Shown in pieces: positions 1 through 9,728 of a stretch of 64,000 nucleotides of DNA. Source of the DNA: Clostridia bacterium. Lineage in GTDB: Bacteria > Bacillota > Clostridia > TANB77 > CAG-508. Position numbers and translations under genes: made by a program. Where the stretch lies: contig DBGCHZ010000010.1 in the NCBI GenBank assembly GCA_048355915.1, forward strand, positions 7,406 to 71,405, in the 5' to 3' direction. The notes beneath the pieces were generated by a model that ran no database searches, was not told the origin of the DNA, and was given only the letters and a program-made list of their open reading frames with translations. Numbering within the stretch: the stretch's first letter is position 1; every line of letters starts with the position of its first letter.

Positions 1-610
1 TAAATGCTTTTCCTATTTGAGCTATTCCCATAGGTAATTTTTTTCTTGTTGTTCTCATTGCATTTTTAAAGTTTACAAAAATACCTTGAGCAGTCTCTGG
101 TCTTAAATATATTTGAGATGTTGTATCTTCTGTTACTCCTTGGAAAGTTTTGAACATTAAATTAAATTTTCTTATATCAGTAAAATTAGTTTTTCCACAT
201 TTTGGACAAGGAATTTTATTTTCATTTATGAAATCTATTAATTCTTTGTCTGTCATTCCATCTGCTATCATATCTTTACCATTTTCATGAGCCCATTCTT
301 CTATTAATTTATCGGCTCTATGTCTAGTTTTACATTCTTTACAGTCTATTAATGGATCTGAAAATCCTCCAATATGACCTGAGGCTACCCAAGTTTCTGG
401 ATTCATTAATATCGCTGCATCCAATCCCACATTATATTTGCATTCTTGAATAAATTTTTTTCTCCACGCATTTTTTATATTATTTTTTAATTCTACTCCT
501 AATGGACCATAATCCCAAGTATTAGATAAACCTCCATAAATTTCTGACCCCGGATATATATATCCTCTACTTTTGCATAATGCAACAATTTTTTCCATAG
601 ACTCTACCAT
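1..610 (-). CDS. glyQS: glycine--tRNA ligase (single-chain class II GlyQS type), N-terminal part; gene runs off the left edge
   Basis: Reverse-strand translation from the ATG at 610 gives [53 protein letters not shown]... GGAGG lies 8 nt upstream. A T-box leader lies upstream. Confidence 0.9.
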   Translation of the reverse strand, partial: MVESMEKIVALCKSRGYIYPGSEIYGGLSNTWDYGPLGVELKNNIKNAWRKKFIQECKYNVGLDAAILMNPETWVASGHIGGFSDPLIDCKECKTRHRADKLIEEWAHENGKDMIADGMTDKELIDFINENKIPCPKCGKTNFTDIRKFNLMFKTFQGVTEDTTSQIYLRPETAQGIFVNFKNAMRTTRKKLPMGIAQIGKAF

Positions 611-734
611 AAAAATTCCTCCTTTATTTAATAAACTAGCAAGGTTCTTAATTTTAGTTTTTGCTTTTATTTTATATTTATTATAATTTTAACCACTATT
701 TTGATATTTATTTAACTTACATTTTTTATAAATA

Positions 735-962
735 AAACAAAAAACTCTCGAATCTAGCCTATAAATAGCTAGGGACGAAAGTCTACATTTCCGCGTTTCC
801 ACCCTAATTCTTAAAACTTTTAAAAGTTTTAAGCACCTTAATTTATATATTACTCCAAAGCTCCCCATACTTATTTATTATTGGTATCTCACCAGCACCA
901 ACTCTCTTTAAATAAATTTTACAGTATTTTTTCTTTTTCATTGTAATATTTTTTATTTAATT
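735..962 (-). promoter_or_regulatory. T-box riboswitch leader of glyQS with intrinsic terminator
   Basis: The minus strand carries an AGAGAG box and the conserved T-box sequence AATTAGGGTGGAAACGCGG (plus 791-809). A terminator hairpin (plus 747-779) with a U-run follows, and its 5' arm can pair with the T-box. The position upstream of an aminoacyl-tRNA synthetase gene fits. Confidence 0.8.
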
Positions 963-968
963 TAGTAT

Positions 969-997
969 ATTTTATTATCTTTATAAAAAAAAGTCAA
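969..997 (-). promoter_or_regulatory. SigA-type promoter for the glyQS leader (TTGACT-17-TAAAAT)
   Basis: -35 is the reverse complement of 992-997. -10 is the reverse complement of 969-974. The spacer is 17 nt. Confidence 0.55.
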
Positions 998-1015
998 TAA
1001 TTTTTCAAAAAAATC

Positions 1016-1044
1016 TTGATAATTTTTTATATATGTGCTAATAT
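1016..1044 (+). promoter_or_regulatory. SigA-type promoter for tRNA-Trp (TTGATA-17-TAATAT)
   Basis: Hexamers at 1016-1021 and 1039-1044. The tRNA starts at 1061. Confidence 0.5.
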
Positions 1045-1060
1045 ATTAATTGTCACATAT

Positions 1061-1135
1061 AGGGGTATAGTGTTAATGGTAGCACATCGGTCTCCAAAAC
1101 CGCCTGTGTGGGTTCGAATCCTACTACCCCTGCCA
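1061..1135 (+). tRNA. trnW: tRNA-Trp (anticodon CCA)
   Basis: Manual cloverleaf: acceptor AGGGGTA/TACCCCT, anticodon loop CTCCAAA, T-arm GTGGG-TTCGAAT-CCTAC, encoded CCA end. Confidence 0.9.
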
Positions 1136-1137
1136 TA

Positions 1138-1196
1138 TTTCCCTAATATGAACCTTATTTGTTTTAATGGTGGTTCCATAGTTAGGGAATTTTTTT
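1138..1196 (+). terminator. intrinsic terminator after tRNA-Trp
   Basis: Stem TTTCCCTAA / TTAGGGAA with inner GAACC/GGTTC pairing, followed by T7 (1190-1196). Confidence 0.7.
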
Positions 1197-1297
1197 AGTA
1201 AAAACGATTAAAATTTTATATGAACTTAATTTTTAGTAATTCTAGTTATTATCAGTTTTAATTCTGATTAACTTTTAGAAAAATTTAATATAATTAT

Positions 1298-1326
1298 TTG
1301 ACAATGGTAAAATAATTATATATAAT
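1298..1326 (+). promoter_or_regulatory. perfect consensus SigA promoter TTGACA-17-TATAAT driving a short plus-strand RNA
   Basis: TTGACA at 1298-1303, a 17-nt spacer, TATAAT at 1321-1326. Confidence 0.7.
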
Positions 1327-1332
1327 AAAAAT

Positions 1333-1421
1333 AGGAAATGAACATATAGAAATGTGTGTTACCAATATATTTGATAAACACTACATTGCCGTCCAAAGCA
1401 AAATGTAGTGTTTTTATTTAT
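1333..1421 (+). ncRNA. candidate antitoxin sRNA (about 90 nt), antisense to the 3' UTR of the small toxin-like ORF
   Basis: Starts about 7 nt after the consensus promoter. Ends at hairpin AACACTACAT...ATGTAGTGTT (1377-1412) followed by TTTTTATTTATT. Confidence 0.45.
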
Positions 1422-1522
1422 TCCTTATTCGTCCACATTATGTATACAACTGTCAATAAGGCTAAGTTTATAGTTATTGAAATCATAAATACTATAATTA
1501 GGAATAGTAAAAATTCTACCAT
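1418..1522 (-). CDS. 34-aa hydrophobic peptide, type I toxin candidate (MVEFLLFLIIVFMISITINLALLTVVYIMWTNKE)
   Basis: ATG at 1522 is preceded by GAGGTGGTG with a 5-nt spacer. One predicted TM helix with a polar C-terminus. The SD lies inside a hairpin (plus 1528-1569). Below the size cutoff of the ORF track. Confidence 0.5.
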   Translation of the reverse strand: MVEFLLFLIIVFMISITINLALLTVVYIMWTNKE

Positions 1523-1608
1523 AAACACCACCTCACTTTCTCATAGTTAAAAACTATGTAGTAAAGTGGCAACACACATCTGCTTTTTGTTCATTTCCTA
1601 TGATTTTT

Positions 1609-1638
1609 AATATACAATATTTTAAATAAAAAAAACAA
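1609..1638 (-). promoter_or_regulatory. possible promoter of the toxin-like mRNA (TTGTTT-18-TATATT)
   Basis: Hexamers are the reverse complements of 1633-1638 and 1609-1614. The predicted start is at the outer inverted repeat (about 1602). Confidence 0.3.
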
Positions 1639-1761
1639 GCAAACATTGAAATAATTTCTTAAATTTTTATGATAAACTTAAAAATAAATTTACACAGGTA
1701 TAGACAATTATTAATAAATGTGCTAATATTTTATTTACAATAAAACTTAGGTGGTGATTTT

Positions 1762-2346
1762 ATTTATAAATTATTCAAAAATTTTTTAATTTTTCTTATT
1801 TTTTTTATACTTTTTATTTCAATATTTTTTATTCCAATTATAAATTCAAATTCTATCTCCGGTATATCTCCTGATAATTCCGAAATTTTAGATTTTAATC
1901 CTAATGGTTTTGTTTGGCCTTTACCTGGTTATACTAAAATAAGCTCATATTTTGGTAAACGACCTTCTCCTACATCTGGTGCCTCTTCTTCTCATTCTGG
2001 TATTGATATTCCTGCTCCCGTTGGTAGCAAATTTATTGCTGTTAATGACGGTGAAATTACATTCACAAATTTTCTCGGTGCTGGTGGATATACCATTACT
2101 CTTTCTTTTGATAATTTACGAGTTACATATTGTCATTGTGACCCTAATTTTATTGTAAATGTTGGTGATTTTGTGAAGAAAGGTCAAGTTATTGGTCATG
2201 TTGGACCTAAAAATGTTTATGGTGTTCCCGGAAATCAATATAAAGATTCTGATGGTAATCCTACTAATGGGGCAACTACGGGACCTCATCTACACCTTGG
2301 AATAAGATTAGATGGTATTTATCAGAATCCTTTGAATTATTTTTAA
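1762..2346 (+). CDS. M23 family metallopeptidase with N-terminal signal/TM segment; apparent ATT start
   Basis: The frame is open from 1744 to the TAA at 2344-2346. Motifs SHSGIDI and GPHLHLG are present. The N-terminal third has no in-frame ATG/GTG/TTG. AGGTGG (1749-1754) lies 7 nt before the ATT at 1762. Confidence 0.75.
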   Translation: MYKLFKNFLIFLIFFILFISIFFIPIINSNSISGISPDNSEILDFNPNGFVWPLPGYTKISSYFGKRPSPTSGASSSHSGIDIPAPVGSKFIAVNDGEITFTNFLGAGGYTITLSFDNLRVTYCHCDPNFIVNVGDFVKKGQVIGHVGPKNVYGVPGNQYKDSDGNPTNGATTGPHLHLGIRLDGIYQNPLNYF

Positions 2347-2603
2347 GAATTTATTAGTGGCTATTTTGTTATAAAATTTTAATTTCTAAAAACTATCATA
2401 AAAAATTTAAAGTCTACACAAACTTTCCAATATCCTAAATTATCTTTATTTTATATTATCAAACTGAAAATTTTCATAACTTTTCTTATATATTAGCTTA
2501 TATTAGTTCAAACAAAGAAAAAGAAAAAGAGAAAGTTAAAAAAGTTTAATTTTTAATAACTTTTCTAATTTCCTCTTTTTGTTTTTTAATATATTTAACT
2601 ATC

Positions 2604-2642
2604 ATGATTTTTGTCTCCGACCCCAAAATCACCAAAATCACT
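2604..2642. repeat. copy a of the dispersed repeat ATGATTTTTGTCTCCGACCCCAAAATCAC(C)AAAATCA
   Basis: Nearly identical to 34332-34370. Matches the loop plus right arm of the palindrome at 45817-45862. Confidence 0.8.
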
Positions 2643-3165
2643 ACATATCATCGTCATTTTCTTGTTTTTGATTATTATCTTCGTCTTCATTTTCTTCGAT
2701 ATAATCATTATTAGAATCACATCCTGAACATGTTGAACAGCTTCCACTACATCCTTCAAATTCAGTAGTATCATCTGAAACATCTCCTGTCCAGTCTAGT
2801 TCTATAATATTGTGACATTCTGGACATTCCATTTCTGTTTTATCTTCATCTACATCGATTATAAATTGATAATTACAATATGGACAAACAATTTCAAAGT
2901 CAAATCCATCTTCTGAATAAATATCTTTTTCGATATTATTAATTATATTTTCCATTTTATTTAGTTTATCTTGTAATTCTTTTTGAGTATCTTCTAATTG
3001 TTGCATTTTTACCTCTTTATATGATATTATTTTTTCCATTTGGTCAATAATAACATCAACAAATGAAGCAAATCTTTGCTTAATATAATTTAAGTCTTCT
3101 TCATTTTTTATATTTTTCTCTAAATCTGCTAAAAATTTTGTATACTCTTCTTTTAGTCCTGTCAT
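2641..3165 (-). CDS. hypothetical coiled-coil / zinc-ribbon protein with Cys-rich acidic C-terminus
   Basis: ORF track. Contains CPYC...CPEC and the GCSGSCSTCSGC motif. Lies directly downstream of efp. Confidence 0.7.
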   Translation of the reverse strand: MTGLKEEYTKFLADLEKNIKNEEDLNYIKQRFASFVDVIIDQMEKIISYKEVKMQQLEDTQKELQDKLNKMENIINNIEKDIYSEDGFDFEIVCPYCNYQFIIDVDEDKTEMECPECHNIIELDWTGDVSDDTTEFEGCSGSCSTCSGCDSNNDYIEENEDEDNNQKQENDDDM

Positions 3166-3185
3166 AGTAATGTCACACCTTTCTA

Positions 3186-3752
3186 TTATACTCTTTCCAT
3201 ATATTCTCCAGTTCTTGTATCTATTCTTAATATATCTCCTATATTAACAAATAGTGGAACTTGAATTTCTAAACCTGTTTCTAATTTTGCTGGTTTTCCA
3301 GATGTTGTTGTTGTATTTCCACTAAATCCAGGTTCTGTATATGTAACTTCTAATTCAACAAATATTGGTGGTTCTACTGTGAAAACATTTCCTTTATATG
3401 ATAACATTGATACTTCCATATTTTCTTTTAAGTATTTTAAACAATCACCTATTTGGTCTTCATTTAATGGCATTTGGTCATATGTTTCATTATCCATGAA
3501 ATAGTATAGACCTCCATCATTGTATAAATATTGCATTGTTTTCTTTTCTATTTGTGCTGCTGGGAATTTGTCTGATGGGTTAAATGTTTTTTCTAATGTA
3601 GCTCCTGAAATAACATTTTTTAATTTTGTTCTTACAAATGCAGACCCTTTCCCTGGTTTTACGTGTTGAAATTCTACTACTCTATAAACGTTTCCTTCCA
3701 TTTCGAATGTTGTTCCATTTCTAAAATCTCCTGCTGAATAAACTGATGCCAT
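3186..3752 (-). CDS. efp: elongation factor P
   Basis: [36 protein letters not shown]... Start moved to the ATG with AAAGGAG upstream. Confidence 0.95.
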   Translation of the reverse strand: MASVYSAGDFRNGTTFEMEGNVYRVVEFQHVKPGKGSAFVRTKLKNVISGATLEKTFNPSDKFPAAQIEKKTMQYLYNDGGLYYFMDNETYDQMPLNEDQIGDCLKYLKENMEVSMLSYKGNVFTVEPPIFVELEVTYTEPGFSGNTTTTSGKPAKLETGLEIQVPLFVNIGDILRIDTRTGEYMERV

Positions 3753-3833
3753 AATAATTCTCCTTTCAATTTTCATATATTTTATCGACTTTTATTATTT
3801 TACTACAAATGGCTGAAAAAATCAAGTTTTTGG

Positions 3834-4892
3834 CTATATTACAATATAATTTTTCTCAGATTTAGTCAAATTTATACAACCAAATTTTGTTATTTGAATA
3901 GTATCTTCTATTCTTACTCCGTATTTTCCTGGTATATATATTCCAGGTTCATTAGTTACTACCATGTTTTCTCTTAATTGCGCATCTGACCTATAACTTA
4001 TATATGGAGCTTCATGTATTTCCATTCCTACACCATGACCTAAACTATGAATTAAATCATATCCATTTAATTTAAAGTCATTTTCAACCATTTTTGTAAG
4101 TAATCGTGTACTTGCACCATCTTTAAAGTCATTTGTTGTTTGAGTTTGATTTTTCAATACTAAATTATATATTGGTTTTATTTCTTCTGGTATTTCTCCT
4201 ACAAATATTGTTCTTGTCATATCTGAACAATATCCATTAACTTTGCACCCCATGTCTATTGTTATTATGTCTTTTTCTTGAATTTTTCTATCTGTTGGTA
4301 CTGCATGAGGTTTTGATGTATTTTCTCCTGATGCAACTATTGTTTCAAAAGATAATCCATCTGTTCTATCTCTATAATATTCTTCTATTTCTCTTGCAAT
4401 TTGTTTTTCTGTCATTCCAGGTTTTATATATTCTAGTAAATATGAAAAACAATTATCTGTTATTTCACATGCTTTTTGAATATTTTTTATTTCTTCTTCA
4501 TCTTTTATCATTCTTTGTTTTTCTATTATATATTCTGTTTCTACTAAATTATTGATTTTATATTTTCTAATATATTCTTTATATTTTGCATATGTAACAT
4601 AATTTTCTTCAAATCCTACATTTTCACAAAACATAAAAAAGTTCTCATAGTCATCTCTTGAAACATCTTTTGCATCATATACTATTATTTCATCAAATAA
4701 TGTTAAAGTAGTATGTACATGTTCTATATATCTTGAATCTGTTATATAAATGTTTTCTTTTCTAGTTAATAATAATATTCCTTCTGCTTCTATATTTGTT
4801 AAATATCTTATGTTTATTGGATTTGAAACAATTAGCCCTTGCAAATCCAAACTTGCCATTTTATTTCTTAACCATTGTAATTTAGGATTCAT
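3834..4892 (-). CDS. Xaa-Pro aminopeptidase (M24 family)
   Basis: M24 fold motifs: DMGCKVNGYCSDMTRT, HSLGHGVGMEIHE, NEPGIY, RIEDT. Confidence 0.9.
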   Translation of the reverse strand: MNPKLQWLRNKMASLDLQGLIVSNPINIRYLTNIEAEGILLLTRKENIYITDSRYIEHVHTTLTLFDEIIVYDAKDVSRDDYENFFMFCENVGFEENYVTYAKYKEYIRKYKINNLVETEYIIEKQRMIKDEEEIKNIQKACEITDNCFSYLLEYIKPGMTEKQIAREIEEYYRDRTDGLSFETIVASGENTSKPHAVPTDRKIQEKDIITIDMGCKVNGYCSDMTRTIFVGEIPEEIKPIYNLVLKNQTQTTNDFKDGASTRLLTKMVENDFKLNGYDLIHSLGHGVGMEIHEAPYISYRSDAQLRENMVVTNEPGIYIPGKYGVRIEDTIQITKFGCINLTKSEKNYIVI

Positions 4893-5002
4893 AAAAAATC
4901 ATCTCCTGTAAATTCTATATCTTCTTTTCTAACTATATTATAAAATATTTCAAATTATTTTTTTATCATCTTGTTAATATAGTATTTCCCTTTTTGCTAT
5001 AT

Positions 5003-5752
5003 TTATTGATACATTCCTAATGTAAAAATTTTCATTAAAAACATTTTTATTGTTTCAAATGGTATATATATACTTATAAATGTTGCTATTACTATAAATG
5101 GTCCAAACGGTATATATTCATCTGATTTTTTTATTTTACTTACTAATAATATTATACTCAAAATTGCTCCAATTAAAAATGATATTAATGTTACTATTAT
5201 TATATTTGATAATCCAAAATATAATCCTAATGCTCCCATTAATTTTACATCACCAAATCCCATGGCCTCTTTTCCATAAAAAAGTCCTCCTATTAATGTG
5301 ATTAATAAAAATATTCCAGCACCTGCTACCATTCCTAATAACATATTTATAGTTATTGCTACATCAGAAAGTCCATATATAAATGCAAACACTAATCCTA
5401 CTTCAAATATTGTAAGGTTCAATCTGTTAGGAATTATTTGCAATCTATAATCTATTACAAATGCTGATAATAATAATGGTGTTAATATCATAAATTTTAT
5501 TAAATCTAAATTTGCTATTAAAGTATCTTTAATACCATAATTATAAATTAAAGTTACAAATATTGCCGAAGTTAATAACATTAATATATAATTAGGTTTA
5601 AAATTTTCTTTATATTCTTTAAATATATCTTTCGATAAAAACTTTTTATATTCTGGTAATCTATTATTTGCCCAATCTACCAATTGTCCTACAAATAGAC
5701 CTAAGATTGCTGCTACTAAATAATAACCAATATGTACATCGTTAAAATACAT
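5003..5752 (-). CDS. prepilin peptidase (A24 family)
   Basis: Polytopic membrane protein with the GFGDVKL and IPFGPF motifs. Confidence 0.85.
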   Translation of the reverse strand: MYFNDVHIGYYLVAAILGLFVGQLVDWANNRLPEYKKFLSKDIFKEYKENFKPNYILMLLTSAIFVTLIYNYGIKDTLIANLDLIKFMILTPLLLSAFVIDYRLQIIPNRLNLTIFEVGLVFAFIYGLSDVAITINMLLGMVAGAGIFLLITLIGGLFYGKEAMGFGDVKLMGALGLYFGLSNIIIVTLISFLIGAILSIILLVSKIKKSDEYIPFGPFIVIATFISIYIPFETIKMFLMKIFTLGMYQ

Positions 5753-5876
5753 TCTTTTCTCCTTTTTTATTTTCCTTTGAAAATAAGTCTAATTTATTTT
5801 TTAATATATAAACTGTAATTTTTACAAATTTAGTATTTATTTGTAATTTTATTATTTATACTTTATTTTTCTCTTT

Positions 5877-6371
5877 CTATTTACTTTTTTTATCTAATTT
5901 GCCTTTTATTTTATTTTCTATCGGTCTCTTCCAAGCTGTATACCAAAATTCCTTTTCTTTTATAGGATCTACTAAAATTGTATAAATATTGCATCTATTT
6001 CCTCCTATAATATCTGTAAATATTTGATCTCCAACTATTGCCGTACTTTCTGCTTTTTCATTTAGTTCTTTTAAAGCTTTTTTAAATCCTCTTTTTAATG
6101 GCTTCATAGCAAATTTATGATATGGTAGTTTAAGTTTTTGAGATATTTCTTCTATTTTTTCACTATTGTTACTATTTGATAATATATATAATTTTACGCC
6201 TTGTCCTTTTAAGTTTCTTACCCATTCAATTACTGCTTCTGTAATATTTCTTTCTTTATCTATTAATGTATTATCTACATCTAAAATCAAGGCTTTTAAC
6301 TTGTTTTTCTTCAAAAATTCAATAGTTATTTCTTCTACTTTGCCAAAATACGCTTTTGGATATATTTTCAT
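5877..6371 (-). CDS. YqeG-family HAD-IIIA phosphatase
   Basis: Motifs LILDVDNTL and VGDQIFTDI. Confidence 0.85.
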   Translation of the reverse strand: MKIYPKAYFGKVEEITIEFLKKNKLKALILDVDNTLIDKERNITEAVIEWVRNLKGQGVKLYILSNSNNSEKIEEISQKLKLPYHKFAMKPLKRGFKKALKELNEKAESTAIVGDQIFTDIIGGNRCNIYTILVDPIKEKEFWYTAWKRPIENKIKGKLDKKSK

Positions 6372-6576
6372 TTTTGATTTCTTCCTTCCTTATCTTTTTA
6401 ATTATATAAGAAAAATCAACTTTATTTAAGCATATATACAATTTTTAGTATATAGCAAGTATTTTCTCTTCTTACAACTTTAATACTTGTTTTATGAATA
6501 TATTTTTAGACATTATTCAACATTTTTCTATATTATATACTAATATTATCAATTTGCATTTTCTTTGTCAATAAAA

Positions 6577-7284
6577 TTAGCATACTTTCTCAAGTTTAAA
6601 GTCCAACCCATCTGCACTTACTAGCTTAAATTCTATACCAAAGTAGTTTCCTTCTATTGCATCTTTTATTGAAGAACTATGCAAATGTCCATAATAACAT
6701 TTCTTTATATCATATTTCTTTAAAATTTTTATAAATTCATTCATTTCATTTTTTTGAACATTTGATTTTAAAATTGGTGGATAATGCATAAATGCTATAA
6801 TTTCATCATCATCTTCTTTTACTTTTAGTGCATCTTCTATTGATAATTCTAACCTAGCTGATTCTCTGTTTATCATTCTTTTTGCTTCAGATTCTTCTGA
6901 TAAAATCCATCCTCTTGTTCCTACTATTATGGTATTTCCAAATTTATATGAATTATTATATAAAAAGTCTATATCTTTAAAGTCATTTTCTTTTATATAA
7001 TTTCTCATACTTGTAACCGTAGTCCACCAATAATCATGATTTCCTTTTAATAATAGTTTCTTTCCTGTAAGTTTATTCAAATATTCAAAATCTTTATATG
7101 TATCTTTTAAATACATTGACCATGAAAAGTCTCCTGGCAAAACTACCAAATCATTTTCTTTTACTTTTTTATTCCAGTCCTCTTTTATTTTCTCTTCATA
7201 ATCATTCCAAATTTCTCCAAATACATTCATTGGCTTATCTTCATTAAATGATAAATGAAGATCTGCTATTGTATATATTGACAT
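6577..7284 (-). CDS. metallophosphoesterase family protein
   Basis: Motifs IADLHL, GDFSW, GNHDYW, HYPP, GHLH. Confidence 0.85.
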   Translation of the reverse strand: MSIYTIADLHLSFNEDKPMNVFGEIWNDYEEKIKEDWNKKVKENDLVVLPGDFSWSMYLKDTYKDFEYLNKLTGKKLLLKGNHDYWWTTVTSMRNYIKENDFKDIDFLYNNSYKFGNTIIVGTRGWILSEESEAKRMINRESARLELSIEDALKVKEDDDEIIAFMHYPPILKSNVQKNEMNEFIKILKKYDIKKCYYGHLHSSSIKDAIEGNYFGIEFKLVSADGLDFKLEKVC

Positions 7285-7428
7285 TTTTTTCTCCTATTCA
7301 TATTTATATATGTTTAATTAATTTGTTCTTACATTAATTATCTTTTCTTTTGCATTTTATCTTCAAAAGTTTATCCAAAATTATAAATTTCTAATTTGTT
7401 CTTAATGTATTATCAGGTTGTAGATTTT

Positions 7429-8418
7429 TTACAATTTCAAATTTGGTATTGCATTTAAATTCATCTCATCTCTTTTTCCAGCTATATAATTATAGTAACC
7501 TGCCGAAGCTATCATTGCAGCGTTATCTGTACATAATTTTAAGTCTGGCATATATAAATTTATATATTTTTCCTCTTCTAACTTTTTAAATTCATTCCTT
7601 ATATAACTATTAGATGAAACTCCTCCTGCTAAAACTACTGTGTTTACTCCCGTCATTTTAATTGCTTTTTTTACATTTTCAATTAAGATTTCTGATACTG
7701 TCTTTTGAAAACTAGCACATAAATCGGCTTTATTTATATTAGGATTTTTATGATGAAGATTTATCACTGATGTTTTTATTCCGCTGAAACTAAAATCTAA
7801 ATTATCAAAATGTGTCTTTGGTAATTCTATATTTGGTGTTCCATTTTGTGCAAGTTTATCAACTTTTGGTCCTCCTGGATAACCAAGACCTACCACTCTT
7901 GCTACTTTATCAAAAGCTTCCCCAATAGCATCATCTCTTGTTTTTCCCAATACCTCAAAATCTGTATATCCTTTAACATATATTACTTGTGTATTTCCTC
8001 CTGACATCATTACACATATGAAAGGTGGCTGTAATTCTTTATATGTTATATAATTTGCAGCTATATGTCCTTCTATATGATTAACACCAATTAAAGGAAT
8101 ATCATTAGCATAGCTTAAAGCTTTTGCATAAGAAAGCCCTACTAATAAGGCTCCAACTAGCCCTGGTCCATATGTTGGTGTAATTGCTGTTATATCTTTA
8201 AATGTAATATCAGCTTCCAATAATGCTTTTTTTGTAACTCTAGAAATAGCTTCTATATGATTTCTAGAAGCTATTTCTGGAACTACTCCACCATACTTTT
8301 CATGTATTGGAATTTGAGTATCTATTATATTTGATAATATTTCTCTTCCATTTTTTACTATTGAAGCAGAAGTTTCATCACAACTTGATTCAATTCCTAG
8401 TGTTATTATATCTTTCAT
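7429..8418 (-). CDS. tsaD: tRNA N6-adenosine threonylcarbamoyltransferase TsaD
   Basis: [21 protein letters not shown]... and HIEGHI. Confidence 0.95.
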   Translation of the reverse strand: MKDIITLGIESSCDETSASIVKNGREILSNIIDTQIPIHEKYGGVVPEIASRNHIEAISRVTKKALLEADITFKDITAITPTYGPGLVGALLVGLSYAKALSYANDIPLIGVNHIEGHIAANYITYKELQPPFICVMMSGGNTQVIYVKGYTDFEVLGKTRDDAIGEAFDKVARVVGLGYPGGPKVDKLAQNGTPNIELPKTHFDNLDFSFSGIKTSVINLHHKNPNINKADLCASFQKTVSEILIENVKKAIKMTGVNTVVLAGGVSSNSYIRNEFKKLEEEKYINLYMPDLKLCTDNAAMIASAGYYNYIAGKRDEMNLNAIPNLKL

Positions 8419-8572
8419 CTTTATTCCCTTCTTCGGATTCAATATAATTTTTCCTTTTTACTTTTTATTTAATACTTAATTTTTAGTTGTATATTATTTT
8501 TATATTTAACTATTTATTATTTAATTTTTAAAAATTCAAATCTATTTTTATATAAGATTTCATATTATATTT

Positions 8573-9316
8573 TTAACCAATTCCTGTTATAAATCTAGCA
8601 AAGTTAAGAATTCCAGTACTTACTAGATTAATAACTGGCGAAATAATTGTTCCTGCTAATCCTGTAATCCAAATTACTACAAATATAATATAGAATATTT
8701 TTTCATTATTTATAAACCATTGCTTTGCATTATATGGTAAAAGTGGCATTATTATTTTTGAGCCATCTAATGGTGGTAATGGTATTAAATTAAATACTCC
8801 CAATCCTATATTAATTGATATTGTTGTTGATATTAATAGCATTACTACTTCTCCTATTGATGATGATAGGAAAGATACACCAGCAAATTTATATATTAAA
8901 CAATAAGCTAATGAAAAAACAATTGCTAATATAAAGTTCATTACAGGTCCTGCAATTGATACTAATGCCTCACCTTTTTCCATAGACATTTTTCTTGTAT
9001 AATTTGTAGGATTAACATGTACAGGTTTTCCCCAACCAAATCCTGCAAATAGTAATAATAAAGTTCCTATTGGGTCTAAATGGTCAAACGGATTTAAACT
9101 TAGTCTCCCCTCTCTTCTTGCTGTATCATCTCCTAATTTGTCAGCAACAAATGCATGTGCAAATTCATGAAAAGTTATCGCTATTAAAACTCCTGGTACA
9201 CTAACTAATAATGATATTAGCATTCCTGGATTTGAAACATATTGTACTACCATAGATAGTACCATTATTCCTAATATGATATATATAATTCTTTTATCAA
9301 ATGAAAAGTTGAACAT
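8573..9316 (-). CDS. site-2 protease family (M50) membrane metalloprotease
   Basis: HEFAHA and NLIPLPPLDG motifs. Start taken at MFNFSF, which has GGAGAG upstream. The longer track ORF looks like a spurious extension. Confidence 0.85.
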   Translation of the reverse strand: MFNFSFDKRIIYIILGIMVLSMVVQYVSNPGMLISLLVSVPGVLIAITFHEFAHAFVADKLGDDTARREGRLSLNPFDHLDPIGTLLLLFAGFGWGKPVHVNPTNYTRKMSMEKGEALVSIAGPVMNFILAIVFSLAYCLIYKFAGVSFLSSSIGEVVMLLISTTISINIGLGVFNLIPLPPLDGSKIIMPLLPYNAKQWFINNEKIFYIIFVVIWITGLAGTIISPVINLVSTGILNFARFITGIG

Positions 9317-9530
9317 TTTTATTTCTCTCCTTCTACAACATTTTTCAGTTTTTAAATGTTGATATTTTGTTAGTCTTTCGTTTCTCACGAAAATAAAATT
9401 ATTGTACATCCCTTTTCTTTTTTCATAATTTAAAATGCAACATTTGCATATTTTTGTAATGTTGCACTTTTTTGTTTCATTTACCATTAAAATCTAATTT
9501 TAGTTGATTAAATTTTATTAATGATTATTG

Positions 9531-9671
9531 TCATTTATTTTTAAGTACTATAAAAACTTTTCCTTTATGCCATTCTTCTTCAACTGGATATTCTTCAAAC
9601 GCCTCTTTTAATTCTTTAACTCTATTATATTTATAAGCTATTTTTAAAAAATCACTTAATTCTTCTTTCAT
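9531..9671 (-). CDS. small hypothetical protein, 46 aa (MKEELSDFLKIAYKYNRVKELKEAFEEYPVEEEWHKGKVFIVLKNK)
   Basis: ATG preceded by AGAGGAA. Fills the lysS / M50 protease gap. Not in the ORF track. Confidence 0.4.
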   Translation of the reverse strand: MKEELSDFLKIAYKYNRVKELKEAFEEYPVEEEWHKGKVFIVLKNK

Positions 9672-9728
9672 AGATTCCTCTTTCTAATATTAATTTTTTA
9701 ATATTATTTGATTTATTTTTAGTTATTC

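Noticed and set aside
1331-1604. Interpreted the inverted-repeat-closed 270-nt unit as SRP RNA, 6S RNA or a riboswitch for the downstream M23 peptidase (e.g. the c-di-AMP ydaO class)
   Set aside because: It lacks the SRP domain IV motif, it is not rod-like as 6S RNA is, and it has no ACGGGGA-type ydaO core. The strong SD plus hydrophobic ORF on the opposite strand fits a type I TA module better. A MITE remains an alternative and is noted in the finding.
1952-2158. 68-aa ORF from the track inside the M23 peptidase region
   Set aside because: Wrong frame. The frame ending at 2346 carries clear M23 motifs, whereas this ORF gives a hydrophobic nonsense translation.
8573-9487. Long N-terminal extensions in several track ORFs (M50 protease, efp, tsaD, gpr, rpsM, infA, adk, rnj, remA)
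   Set aside because: Internal start codons with proper SD sequences reproduce the canonical N-termini. The extensions overlap the SD and are not conserved-looking.
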